This document shows positions 22,907-36,432 of a stretch of DNA of 64,000 bases, one piece after another. The position numbers and the translations under genes were made by a program. The number at the start of each line of letters is the position of its first letter. The stretch's first letter is position 1. The notes beneath the pieces were generated by a model. The model did not search any database, was not told the origin of the DNA, and saw only the letters and a list, made by a program, of their open reading frames with translations. Source of the DNA: Octopus vulgaris (taxonomy: Eukaryota); the NCBI GenBank assembly GCA_951406725.2, contig OX597815.1:6014001-6078000 (forward strand), read 5' to 3'.

Positions 22907-24592
22907 TTAAAGAAAATCTTTTTCCCACATAAACAAATATGTAGACACACACACATATTCTTAAACACTTCCTTAATCAGCTGACCCTGAGCTACAATAT
23001 CTCTTTTGTTGAAGAACTAGCAACATAGAACCTGCATTTGGTGTGACCCAATTCCAATCCTTTAAATGACCTACTTTCTTGAATAACATGTTGTAGTAAA
23101 TAATTTAGGTTTAGTGATAAACTGTACAGAATTTCATGTTACACTTTTATAGCTAATCTTAAAATGTCTCATTAAGACCAGTAGTTCTCAACCCTTTATT
23201 AGCCTATGGACCCCTTTGATTCTTATTTTATTTGGAAGGACCCCTATAGCCATTTCATGTTTTAAAAAATATTTTAAAGTAGTAGATTTAGTTAAGTTCA
23301 CTTCCTATTAAGAAATCCGGTGTTTTAGTGTCAAAACACTCCTAAATTAGTGACAGCCTTCATCAGGTGTCTTGGGGAAATTTCGAACCTCGGTTTTCAT
23401 TCCTAAGGTATTTTTCGTCGTGGTTGTGGTTGTTGTTGTTGTTGAGTGGGTGAGCTGTGCATGCCATCAAAGTGAGACTGGGGTAAAATATACGAAGCCC
23501 AGTATACCCATCATGACTACCCAGCTGATAAGGGTACACTAGGCACATGCATCACAACCATATGTGCGTGACATGGTGATCTCATATCAAGGATAAACAG
23601 CGCATAACCTTCCAGGTGGGGTCCCAGTTAGAATTTTCTTCTGGTCGAGTAGCCCATCCCGCTCAAAAGGTCCCTGAATAAGGGTCGTTTAAGGATGTTG
23701 AACAAACCACCCATGTTTTTAGAGGTGAACTATTCAAACCCCAAAGAATTCCTCTCAACACATGGCTATGATACTCCCCCACTACTTCTGCTCATGATCA
23801 GAGATGCACTTATCGTCAGCCACTAAGGGACATGCTCAACTGGTTAAGGTCAAACAACTGACAAGCAAATCTGTGGTATTGAGCAGAATATTTGCTGTAG
23901 GCCATCTTTTATACCAAGACAAAACAATGTATATGATAACACTACCAATCAGTTAAGATCAGAAGCCATCAGAGCCATTGCCCGGTACTGCATCAGGCCA
24001 TTATTATTATTATCATTATTATTATTATTATTATTATTGAGTGAGAGAGCAGTTCATGCCATCAAAGTGAGACTGGGGTAAAATATATGAAGCCCAGTAT
24101 GCCCATCATGACTACCCGTCTGATAAGGGTACACTAGGCACATGCATCACAACCATATGTGCGCAACATGGTGATCTCATATCAAGATAAACAGCACATG
24201 ACCTTGCAGGTGGGGGCCCAGTTAGAATTTTCTTCTGGTCGAGTAGCCCATCCCGCTCAAAAGGTCCCTGAATAAGGGTTGTTTAAGGATGTTGAACAAA
24301 CCATCCATGTTTCCAGAGGTGAATTATCCAAACCCCAAAGAATCCCTCTCAACACATAGCTATGATGCTCCCCCATTACTTCTGCTCGTGATCAGAGATG
24401 CACATATCGTCAGCCACAAAGGGACATGCTCAACTGGTTAAGGTTAAACAACTGACAAGCAAATCTGTGGTATTGAGCAGAATATTTGCTGTAGCCCATC
24501 TTTTATACCAAGACAAAACAATGTACATGATAACACTTCCAATCAGTTAAGATCAGAAGCCATGAGACCCACTGCCCGGTACTTCATCAGGG

Positions 24593-24653
<61 letters not shown>

Positions 24654-25186
24654 GAGTGAGAGAGCAGTTCATGCCATCAAAGCGACACTGGGGTAAAATA
24701 TACGAAGCCCAATATACCCATCATGACTACCCGTCTGATAAGGGTACACTAGGCACATGTATCACAACCACATGTGCGCGACATGGTGATCTCATATCAA
24801 GATAAACAGCACATGACCTTGCAGGTGGGGCCCAGTTAGAATTTTCTTCAGGTTGAGTAGCCCATCCCGCTCAAAAGGTCCCTGAATAAGGATTGTTTAA
24901 GGATGTTGAACAAACTAAGAGGAGGAGGAGGATATCCCTTATAGCTCACCTTTGAGGAAGTTTTTTTAAGGTAATATTCTTCCTTGAGACAGGTAAGGAA
25001 TAATGGAAGTGAAAAAGATTGGAGTGGGGGGATGTTTGTCGAAACAATGCGTCATCAGGGTGGAAATATGATAAGCGGTGTTGGAGAAAAACAGGTGAGA
25101 CTGAACCATTTTGCATACATGATAAACTTAGCTGTGGAACTATGAAGACTGTAGTCTTTCAAAACCCATAGACACAATGTCTCTCT

Positions 25187-25240
<54 letters not shown>

Positions 25241-25279
25241 CATACACACACGCACACTAGGTGGTAACTCTTTGGCAAA

Positions 25280-25625
25280 GTTGATAGTATACAACGTCAA
25301 GGTTGAATCAAACAACAGTGATGAACCTAAAAACATATATTGGAACAACGAAACTCACATTCAAACGTCGTTATTACAAACATAAACATTCATCTGTACA
25401 CCCCAGTAGAAAATGTGATACGGTTTTGCTGAAATTCATATGGTTCCTGTGCAAGGCAAGTCCTCACGAATTAAAAATTACTTGGTATATTTGTCGATAG
25501 AGCGCAACCATCAAAGCTGCGGTGTGACTTTTGTTTGATAGAAAAATTGAGAATCTTGACTCAAGCCAGTAACAGTTTGAATTGAAAAACTGAATTGTTC
25601 GCAGACAAGTATCTTTTGTGTAAAT
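25280..25625 (+). pseudogene. Penelope-like element GIY-YIG endonuclease remnant
   Basis: Frameshifted translation IVYNVKV...TYIGTTKLTFKRRYYKHKHS...TVLLKFIWFL...CDFCLIEKLRIL...LN*KTELF. Confidence 0.75.
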
Positions 25626-26739
25626 ACAAGTGTTCCCGAATTTCATTCCGATTGACGAAAAATGTTGGTTTCAAAAAGTTTAATCAATGGATTTTATTAA
25701 TATATGTTTTAACATTTGTGGGTGCGTGTCTACGTATCTGTATGTGCACATATGCATATGTGTATATGTATGTATGCATATATAATTCTGTGTATATATG
25801 TGTGTATGAGTGTATATAAATATATGTATGCGTCTGCACGAGAGCATGCAAAAGAAACATACATACTCATTGTTTTTAAAATCATTAATTGAAAATACTA
25901 CTTTAAAACACTGTTTAAACAACAACGCAACGTCATGACTTCGCTCGCATCAAGTTTAAGAACCTTTACAATAATATTATTATGTTTATAATAACATTAT
26001 TATAATATTATAGTAATACCACGCAAGCCAAAGATGAAATAAAAAGTGTAAGTTTGAAGCAACAGTTATTGCACGTGTCGCTCACAAAGGTTTTGAAACA
26101 AAAGAACATAAGGATCAGAGGTTTTTTTGTGTGTTGTGTGTGTGTGTGTGTTAGTTAAGTTAGTTAATTTTTTTGGCTCAAAAAGCATAAAAGCAAGGCC
26201 ATGTAGGGGGACATGGAGTTATGTACAAGGTGGTGTTCATGTAAAGAGTTCAGGTCACTTGTGGTCAAGGGAGACTTTGAACCGAACGGTCGTCGGCATC
26301 TTCACCATCTCGTCCGGCAGCTTATTCCACGGATCCGCAACCCGGACGGAGAAAGCCCCTCTCCTTCGATGGAGATGAAATCGTCGCAGATAGAGCTTTT
26401 CGGAATGACCCCGCAGCCGACGAACTTTCATTTCATATTGAAAAAAAATTCAAACAGTGAATAATTCAAAAGAAAAACAGGCAGAGTTTACTAGCTGATG
26501 ACGATAGGAACATAATAACACTGATTACTGGAAATCGGAGCCTTTCAGTGATAAAGTATTTAACGAATACTCAACATCTGTGTAGACCTTGTAATTTATC
26601 GTTTCTGAGGAATCATCAGAGATTTGTGTGCACACTTGAGAGTGTGAATGAAAGCTACAACTCAAGGACGTCAGCGACATCAATTATCTCGGGGTTAGTG
26701 TTGCTGTTAGTAAAAAAAAGTCTGCCTTACCACACAAAG

Positions 26740-26940
26740 GACCGACCAGAAGCCGCCAAAAAGAAGTCTCACAACATCTGGCTCCCGAGTATTTTTAAGT
26801 CAACAAGACTTGCCTTCTTCGGGGCCTGTGCAGAGAGCATTCTTCTATACGGAACCGAAACTTGGACCAAGAACAAGAAGCCCAAAGTTTATCTAACACT
26901 GCTTCTAGTGGAAGCCCCAAACATCTCGCACGTGCCTGTG
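26740..26940 (+). pseudogene. RTE-like LINE fragment (post-RT region)
   Basis: IWLPSIFKSTRLAFFGACAESILLYGTETWT fits the RTE-group motif ES+LLYG.E.WT. Confidence 0.6.
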
Positions 26941-27332
26941 GAATACTCAGTGATTTATCCGACAATTCAGTCGATCGAATAGCTGAGACCTCGTCGTCAA
27001 ACGGTGGAGATCCACTACCAATATTCAAATATGTCAATGACGAAATGATGTGGCTTCGACAATGTTTTAGCAGTATCGATAAATTAAATCAGCTGAAGGT
27101 ATTGATACAATAAAGATTCCTAATTTTGGCACAAGGCCAGCAATTTTGGGATCAGGTGGAGGGGCGGGGGGACGAGTCAATTACATCAACCCCAGTGCTC
27201 AACTGGTTCTTATTTTATCGAGCCCTTAAGGGATGAAAGGCAAAGTTGACCACGGCACGATTCGAACTCAGAACGTAAAGACGGACGAAATGCCGCTTTA
27301 GCATTTTGACCCGGTGCGCTAACGATTCTGCC

Positions 27333-27376
27333 AGTGGTGGTGATAATGGGTATGTTGGTGGTAATGGTGGTGGTTG

Positions 27377-27421
<45 letters not shown>

Positions 27422-27540
27422 CGATGACGATGACGATGACGACGACGACGATGACGATGATGATGATGATGCCGATGATGGTGATGATGGTGATGATGGT
27501 GATGATGATGATGCCGATGATGATGATGATGATGATGCCG
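27333..27540. repeat. (GAT)n/(GAC)n/(GGT)n compound microsatellite at the boundary of a minus-strand SINE-B variant (27125-27332)
   Basis: Directly visible. Confidence 0.9.
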
Positions 27541-28910
27541 CTTTGTTACGGGGATGTAAACACACCAACACTAGTTGTCAATCTGTGGTGGGGAACAAAC
27601 ACGCACTGTGTGTGTGTGTGTGCGTGTGTAAACACTTGTGTGTGTGCGTGTGTGTGTGTGTAAAGGCTTGTGGCCTGGTGGTTAAGGTGTTGCACCGCTC
27701 AATATTATCAGATCGCGGTTTCGATTCGTGGATCAGGCCGTGCTTTTTAGCTCTTAGGGAAAACACTTCACTTCGCGTTCACTCCAGTTGTAAATGAGTA
27801 ACCCTGCAACAACAGTCTGGCGTCTCGTCCAGGGGTTGACGATGTGACCCCCAGCCACTTATAAGCCAGGGAAACTGGGTAACCGGCCCTAAGGGTTCGA
27901 AGGGCTAAAGAGTATAATATCCAGGGAATGATGATGATGATGAAGACGGCGGCGGCGGCGGCGGCGGTGGTGGTGGTGGCGGTGGTGGTGGTGGTGATGA
28001 TGATATATTCTAAGCTGCTAAGAAGGGACACTTTGTAGCGCTGACCTGAAAACCCCAAACAAGGCCCCGATGCGGACGGCTTAAGAGAATTAAAACCTAC
28101 GATCCTGTGTATCTTTTCTCTCTTTTACTTGTTTCAGTACTTAGGCTGCGGCCATGCTGGAGCACTGCCTTGAAGGAGGTTTTAGTCGAATGAATCGACC
28201 CCAGGACTTATTTTCATTTTTAAGCCTTTTGGTCTGTTTTGCCGCTTAGTTACGGGAACGTAAACACACCAATACCGGTTGTCAAGCGGTGGTGGGCAAC
28301 CAAACAAATACACGCACACACACACACACATATACATAAATATAAATATATATGACGGGCTTCTTTCAGTTTCCGTCTACCAAATTCACTCACGAAGCTC
28401 CGATCGTCCCAAGGCTATAGTAGAAGACACTTGCCCAAGGTGCCACGCAGTGGGATCGAACCCCGAACCATGTGACTGGAAAGCAAATTTCTTACCGCGC
28501 AACCACGCTTCTACCTATCATTAATCGATAACCTACATGTTCCTATGTTCAATAAGTCGAAACCCCGAACAGTATTCCCCCACCCCCAGCGTCCTCCTCC
28601 TCCACCTTCTCCTCCTCCTCCCTCGTTAAGCTGACGTTAGAAAAAGGGAAACTTGCATGTGGTCGTACGACTTGCTGGAAACAGCAGCCAAATGTGCCCT
28701 TCAATCATTCTTTAGGTAAGGTAAGGGCACACTGGTTAGTCCTCGATATACCGAGAAAGACGGGGGTGATCACGGTTGGAATGCTTTTGATCATAGGTCT
28801 ACTGGATCAGGCTTGACTCGGGGTTAAACGTCTGCAATTTGATGTAAATGAATTACGTCTGTTGTCGACTCTGGAATGAATGAATGAATGAAGGCTTTGT
28901 TTATATTACG

Positions 28911-30220
28911 GTGGCGTGGTGGTGGTGGTGGTGGTGGTGGTGGTGGTGGTGGTGGTGGTGGTGGTGGTGGTGGTGGTGGTGGTGGTGGTGGTGGTGGTGG
29001 TGGTGGTGGTGATGGTAGTGGTGGTGGTGGTGGTGGTGGTGGTGGTGGTGGTGGTGGTGATGATGGTGGTGGTGGTGGTGATGGTGGTGGTGGTGGTGGT
29101 GGTGATGATGGTGGTGGGGGTGGTGGTGATGATGGTGGTGGTGGTGGTGATGGTCGTGGTGGTGGTGGTGGTGATGATGGTGGTGGTGGTGGTGATGGTA
29201 GTGGTGGTGGTGGTGGTGGTGGTGGTGATGATGGTGGTGGTGGTGGTGGTGGTGATGGTGGTGGTGGTGGTGGTGGTGATGATGGTGGTGGTGGTGATGG
29301 TGGTGGTGGTGATGATGATGGTGGTGGTGGTGGTGGTGATGGTGGTGGTGGTGGTGGTGATGATGGTGGTGGTGGTGGTGGTGGTGGTGGTGGTGATGAT
29401 GGTGGTGGTGGTGGTGGTGATGGTCGTGGTGGTGGTGGTGGTGATGATGGTGGTGGTGGGGGTGATGGTGGTGGTGGTGGTGGTGGTGATGATGGTGGTG
29501 GTGGTGGTGATGGTCGTGGTGGTGGTGGTGGTGATGGTGGTGGTGGTGGTGGTGATGGTGGTGGTGGTGGTGGTGGTGGTGGTGGTGGTGAAGATGGTGG
29601 TGGTGGTGGTGATGGTCGTGGTGGTGGTGGTGGTGATGATGGTGGTGGTGGTGGTGATGGTAGTGGTGGTGGTGGTGGTGGTGGTGGTGGTGGTGGTGAT
29701 GATGGTGGTGGTGGGGGTGATGGTGGTGGTGGTGGCGGTGGTGGTGGTGATGATGGTGGTGGTGGGGGTGATGGTGGGGGTGGGGGTGGTGATGGTGGTG
29801 GTGGTGGTGGTGGTGGTGATGGTTGTGGTGGTGGTGGTGATGATGGTGATGGTGGGGGTGATGGTGGGGGCGGGGGTGGTGATGGTGGCGGTGGTGGTGA
29901 TGTTGGTGGTGGTGGTGGTGGTGGTGGTGATGGTGAGGGGGGGGTGATGGTTGTGGTGGTTGTGATGGTAGTGGTGGTGGTGGTGGTGGTGGTGATGATG
30001 GTGATGGTGGTGGGGGTGATGGTGAGGGTGGGGGTGGTGATGGTGGTGGTGGTGGTGGTGGTGGTGATGATGGTGGTGGTGGTGGTGGTGGTGGTGGTGA
30101 TGATGGTGGTAGTGGTGGTGGTGATGATGGTGGTGGTGGTGGTGGTGGTGATGTTGGTGGTGGTGGTGGTGGTGGCGGTGGTGGTAGCGGCGGTAATGGT
30201 GGTGATGATGATGATGATGA
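28911..30220. repeat. About 1.3-kb interrupted (GGT)n/(GAT) array (reverse-complement type of the 13.7-16.7 kb array)
   Basis: Directly visible. Source of the poly-P/G/T/V ORFs. Confidence 0.97.
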
Positions 30221-31855
30221 TTAATGACATAATTAATCAGCAGGTTGCTGCTGCTGCTGCTGCTGTGACTAATTAGTGTTAAAGGGTAAAAAGGGATCAA
30301 GTGCAGCGTCTCAGGTTTACTGGATGACAAAAGTAAACCCCCCACCTTCCCACCCCCACCCAACACCTCAACCTACACCTCAACCTCCACCCAACCCTAC
30401 CCCCTCCTATTTAGAGTCGTCATGGAAACCCTTGGGGTAGTGGTGATGGTGGTGGTGGTTTAACCCCAGGTCAACCGAGACTGAGTTATATTGTCCAATA
30501 TGTTATTCCGATCTTTAAAGCAATAGAGTGTGGTTTAAGGGAAATTTGGCTGCTATTTCTAACAGGGAGCGCTCACATGATCGCAAAAACTGCTAGAAAT
30601 AGCAGCCAAATATCCGTTAAATGGCTGGATTGTCTTGATCATATTTTTCATGGACCAGGTTTATCTAGGACTAAGCGACAACAGGAACGGCAATGACTGG
30701 TACTCCGTCGATTACGACGATGATTCCATTTGATCCAATCAACAGAACAGTCTACTGGTGAAATTAGCGCGCAAGTGGCTGAGTACTCCACAGGCATGTG
30801 TACCCTTAACGTGGTCCTCAAGGAGATTCAGTGTGACACAGGACGTTACAAGGCGGGCCCCTCTTGAATTACGGGTACTACTCACTTTTTGCCAGCTGAG
30901 TGGACTGGAGGAATGTGAAATAAAGTGTCTTGCCCAAGGACACAACGCGCCACCGGGAATTGAACTCACGACCTTGCGACAGTGAGATGAATAACCCAAA
31001 CCACTAAGCCATGTGCCTTCACACTGCGACGAGAACAACAACAATATATTTATGCAAAAGAAGATTCAACCAACGAGAATCAAGGGTGATGGCCACGGAC
31101 GTGGTGCAGTGATGCTGACAGGATTCGAACCAGAGACCTCTTCAGTGCAGATAGGTCCAGTTTTGATGCAGTAACTAACAGCAAATGTATCCATCGTCCG
31201 TTGGCTGTTCAATAAGACAATCTCCCAACTTGTTGTAGTATATGAAAGTGGCTGAATATACCACGGACCCTCGTACTCTTCACGCAATCCGCAAGATTAT
31301 GACGCTAACTTCTTTACCATTCTGTTATGCTAGCACTCTTTGATCAAATGAAGTGTAACATACATACATATACACACACACATACATGCTCGCATGCATA
31401 CGCACATACATACATACACACATACACAAACACACACACACACACACACATATATATTTATATATATATATCAAATACAATTAAAAACGGAGCACAAAGG
31501 ATATCGCGGTGCACGTGTTTCAAGCTTTATAAACAATCCGTTATTACATCAGTGTATTATTGATACATGTACTTTTCATAATTTTTATAGCGTGATGTAA
31601 CTCTTTAGACTGATGATGATGATGATGATTATATATATATATATATATTACATTTCTAAATCTCTCAGAGAGATTTATACAGTAGCAGCACGATAAAGTG
31701 ATAGTATGTTGTCGACTTAATATGACAGTCCCATGAAAGGGAAGAATGCTACTGTTATTTAGCCCTAGGAAACACTGTTTCCAGCTGGCCAGGACACATT
31801 TTCTATGTCCTTATGTTTTCAAAGTGGAGATAACTTCTCCATCCAGCAAAGCCAG

Positions 31856-31901
31856 CATCCAGAGACTAGTTTCAGGGTCATTGCTCATCATCAGTCTGAT
31901 A
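31856..31901 (-). ncRNA. Minimal type I hammerhead ribozyme-like motif (Penelope-type) with a degenerate stem II
   Basis: Minus strand: ATCAGA CTGATGA TGAGCAATGACCCT GAAA CTAG TC TCTGG. Intact core, palindromic stem III (ACTAGT), GUC site, and a 5-bp stem I with one GU pair. Confidence 0.6.
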
Positions 31902-32041
31902 TTATATATATAAGAATTTTTGCGTAATAAGATAAAAATAACCAAGGCTGTTTAGATATTAGAGCATTTATAGATAGAAGGTCTTACAGCTGTTTCTATG
32001 ATGTATGTATGTATGTATGTATATATATATATATACATGAG

Positions 32042-32231
<190 letters not shown>

Positions 32232-32499
32232 GTATATACATATATACCGTTTATCATTTATCTTTCACTTGTTTCAGTCATCAGACTGCGGCCATGCTGG
32301 AGCACACCCTGGAATTTTAGTTGAGCCGATAGACCCCAATACTTATTTTTTAAAAGCTTGTTACTTATTATATGCACACAACGGATTTCTCGTAGCTGCC
32401 GCCGTCGTCGTCGTCGGATGGCCGTCGAAGGTCGACGTTGACTGTTCTTGTACATTAATCTTACCTAGCAGGGTCACATATGATCGAAATGGACTGCTC

Positions 32500-33345
32500 T
32501 TGATCTGCAGCAGCAGCAGCGATGACATCTGCTACACGTGAAGTTACTTGAGATGCCGGAGTTTGTTTGTTTTTTTGTTTCTTCACCACATTCCTGTATC
32601 GTAACCTTTGGTCACCACAACTCTTCTTACTCTGACGCAGTTAAGCGTAGAAAACCGCTTTTGGGAGCCTGTCGCTCCTCTTTTCTGCAAACAAGTCTTA
32701 CTCAGCGCAGCTGTAATAAGGTAATGAGGGCCTCCACACTAACTCCGCCAGCGAGACGCAAGACCTCTCCATCAGGAATGCAATATTGCCACGTGATATG
32801 CAAGATGGAGCGCAGAGGACAATGTTGGATTCGCATTCGGGCCTTCGTGGGCCCGTGGTGCAGGACCGTGTATTTCGTGGCAGGGGAGTACTGCAGCACT
32901 GTATAAACTTATTTTTGTGCTTCGGGCAATGTTATGGTAACTCCATAGAAGCTTCAAGAGAGAGAGAAAGAGAGGGAGAGAGAGAGAGAGGGAGAGAGAG
33001 AGAGAGAGACAGAGAGAGAAAGAGAGAGACAGAGAGAGAAAGAGAAAGAGCCAAATGCCTTTGTGGCAGATTTTATTTGCCCCTTAACCTCAAGACCAGA
33101 GGAGTTAGAACAAATCCTTTCACTGTCGAGATAGGTAAAGGCCTCGATTCATAGTAGGGGCTCTCCGTATACTGTCACTGACTCGGGTTCATTCGATTTA
33201 TGAGGATATTTTGGTGGGGGGCTGGTAGAGCAGGTCAGTCTCTGAAGTGTTGATCTTGAGGCCAGACGTGTTTGCTGCAGAAGAAAACCGATTCACGATG
33301 TGTTGCCTGTCTTCAGTGCTGCTGCCCCACAAGTGGTGAGTCATC
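32500..33345 (-). pseudogene. RTE/BovB-like LINE fragment interrupted by (GA)n at ~32957-33050
   Basis: IVNRFSSAANTSGLKINTSETDLLYQPP...IARSTKISLYSAAVLP...LRSILHITWQYCIPDGEVLRLAGGVSVEALITLLQLR*...DRLPKAVFYA*L...QRLRYRNVVK. Confidence 0.8.
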
Positions 33346-33483
33346 TGCGTAATACAGCTACCGGACATACATTTGTGACAACTGCATACATACATACATA
33401 CATACATACACATACATACATACATACATACATACATACATACATACATACATACATACATACATACATACATACATACATAA

Positions 33484-34018
33484 GTCCCGAGGAGAAAGAA
33501 ATAAGAACACACAGTATGGCAGAAGCCATAGCCACTCATAATAAAAAGGGACACTGGTGGAATGTCCCAGTGAAGACCTCAATAAAATGTAAGCACAACA
33601 GACCTGATATAATGATTTAGGTTTGAGAAGAGAAACTGTGCACAGTTGTGGAAATTCGCTGCCCAGCAGATGTTAACATAAAGCTGAAGATCAGGGGAAA
33701 AGGGAACACCTATGCCGAACTATTGAGAAATCTGCAGTTATTCTATCCAGATTACAAGTCCAGGTTTATACCTGTAATTATTGGGGCCATGGGACATGTA
33801 CCGCACTGCCTAAATACTAATCTTGAGAAATCAGGTTCCTTGAAACCAGAAAGGAGAAAGCTAATTCGAAGACTACAGATCCAATCCATCACTGGAACTG
33901 TACAAATCTGTAAAACTTCCCAGAAGTTTATCATTTAAATATATATAAGCATGTTTAGATATGCAACAACTATATGCATGAGAATACATACATAAGACAA
34001 AACATACAAATCTGAACA
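33484..34018 (+). mobile_element. 5'-truncated R4/Dong-like non-LTR element (RLE endonuclease end plus 3' UTR) between (CATA)n tracts
   Basis: WWNVPVKTSIKCKHNRPDIMI*...VVEIRCPADVNIKLKIRGKGNTYAEL...FIPVIIGAMG fits a PD-(D/E)xK RLE signature. Stop at 33936-33938. Confidence 0.8.
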
Positions 34019-35151
34019 TATACATACATACATACATACACACATACATACACACATACATACATACATACATACATACATACATACATACATACATACA
34101 TACATACATACATACATACACACATACATACACACATACATACATACATACATACATACACACATACATACACACATACATACACACATACATACATACA
34201 TACATACATACATACATACATACATACATACATACACACATACATACACACATACATACATACATACATACATACACACATACATACACACACACATACA
34301 TACATACATACATACATACATACACACACACATACATACATACATACATACATACATACATACATACGTACATACATACATACACACATACGTACATACG
34401 CACATACACACATGCATACATACATACATGCACACATACATACATACATACATACACACACATATACATACATACATACACACATACATACATACATACA
34501 TACATACATACATACATACATACATACATACATACACACATACATACACACATACATACATACATACATACATACACACATACATACACACACACATACA
34601 TACATACATACATACATACATACACACACATACATACATACATACATACATACATACATACATACATACATACATACATACATACACACATACGTACATA
34701 CGCACATACACACATGCATACATACATACATGCACACATACATACATACATACATACACACACATATACATACATACATACACACATACATACATACATG
34801 CATGCATACATACATACATACATACATACGCACACACACATACATACATACATACATACATACGCACACACAAATACATACATACATACATACGCACACA
34901 CACACACATACATACATACATACATACATACATACATACATACATACATACATACATACATACATACATACATACACATACATACATACATACATACATA
35001 CATACATACATACATACATACACACACACATACATACATACACACACACATACACACACACACATACATACATACATACATACATACATACATACATACA
35101 TACATACATACATACATACATACATACATACATACATACATACATACATAC
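34019..35151. repeat. About 1.1-kb (CATA)n/(CA)n compound array (shorter tract at 33386-33482)
   Basis: Directly visible. Source of the MYVC/HTYI ORFs. Confidence 0.97.
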
Positions 35152-36199
35152 AAAAATATATGCGTACAAATCGACAAAAAGAGTACAATGAATTTGCCGT
35201 GCGGAGTGGAGAATCCAACGATTTAAACAAAATCCTTCTTCAGGTAAAAGCTGAGAAGAGAGGAACATTGGATGTTCCAAATCCTGTGCTAAGTTCACTT
35301 TAATCATTTTATCAATTTCTCAAATTAATACAAGTCTGGCTGACACAGACCAACACTCGTCCTTTTTGGAGTCTGATCGTGTGTGCATCTACTCATGCTT
35401 CTATTTATGAAGGTATGGGCATCCTTAAATCCTTAAATCCTTAAAAATGTTTTAGCCCGAAGGCCGCGACCATGCTGGGGCACCACCGCATGTATATAAA
35501 TAAAAAAATTCACATTAAATACACACAAGCGCAGGAGTGGCTGTGTGGTAAGTAGCTTGCTAACTAACCACATGGTTCCGGGTTCAGTCCCACTGCGTGG
35601 CATCTTGGGCAAGTGTCTTCTGCTATAGCCCCGGGCCGACCAATGCCTTGTGAGTGGATTTGGTAGACGGAAACTGAAAGAAGCCTGTCGTATATATGTA
35701 TATGTATATATGTGTGTGTGTGTGTTTGTGTGTCTGTATTTGTCCCCCTAGCATTGCTTGACAACCGATGCTGGTGTGTTTACGTCCCCGTCACTTAGCG
35801 GTTCGGCAAACGAGACCAATAGAATAAGTACTGGGCTTACAAAGAATAAGTCCTGGGATCGATTTGCTCGACTAAAGGTGGTGCTCCAGCATGGCCGCAG
35901 TCAAATGACTGAAACAAGTAAAAGAGTAAAAGAGATTAAGCACAGGACATCACCAACGAATGAAAAATATTAAACATACATTAAACATACATTAGAGGAC
36001 AAAATACCAAAAAGAAGTCTAACGCCTCCTCAGTTGTCGACTGTTTATTACTCTCTGTTTCGAGCTTTCAACGACAAGACAGGAAAACTTCATAAGACAA
36101 CAGCATCCAGAAATTTTTAAAATATAAAATTTGTGGGCTTCGAACGAACAAACGACACCAGATTGAACGTGCAGAGTAAACAACCGGCAAAGACAAGCA

Positions 36200-36244
<45 letters not shown>

Positions 36245-36382
36245 CTGTGTGTGTTGGTGTGTATGGGTGTATGTATGGATGGCTATGAATGAAATTGTTT
36301 GGCTTTTGTTCTTCCAGTATCTGTGTGTGAGTGTGTTCTTCGTTTTTTATTTACTTCATACATACATACGTACGTACTTACA

Positions 36383-36432
<50 letters not shown>

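Noticed and set aside
24971-24992. 22-nt micro-exon (TTTTTTTAAG|...CAG|GTAAGG)
   Set aside because: The splice-like motifs are plausible by chance in AT-rich DNA. It is not frame-preserving and has no linked exons.
28824-30366. Proline-, glycine- and threonine-rich ORFs of 340-490 aa
   Set aside because: Read-through of a (GGT)n array on both strands, with no unique domain or splice evidence.
33873-35307. MYVC/HTYI ORFs over 400 aa (and YI/CV ORFs elsewhere)
   Set aside because: Tetra- and dinucleotide microsatellite artefacts.
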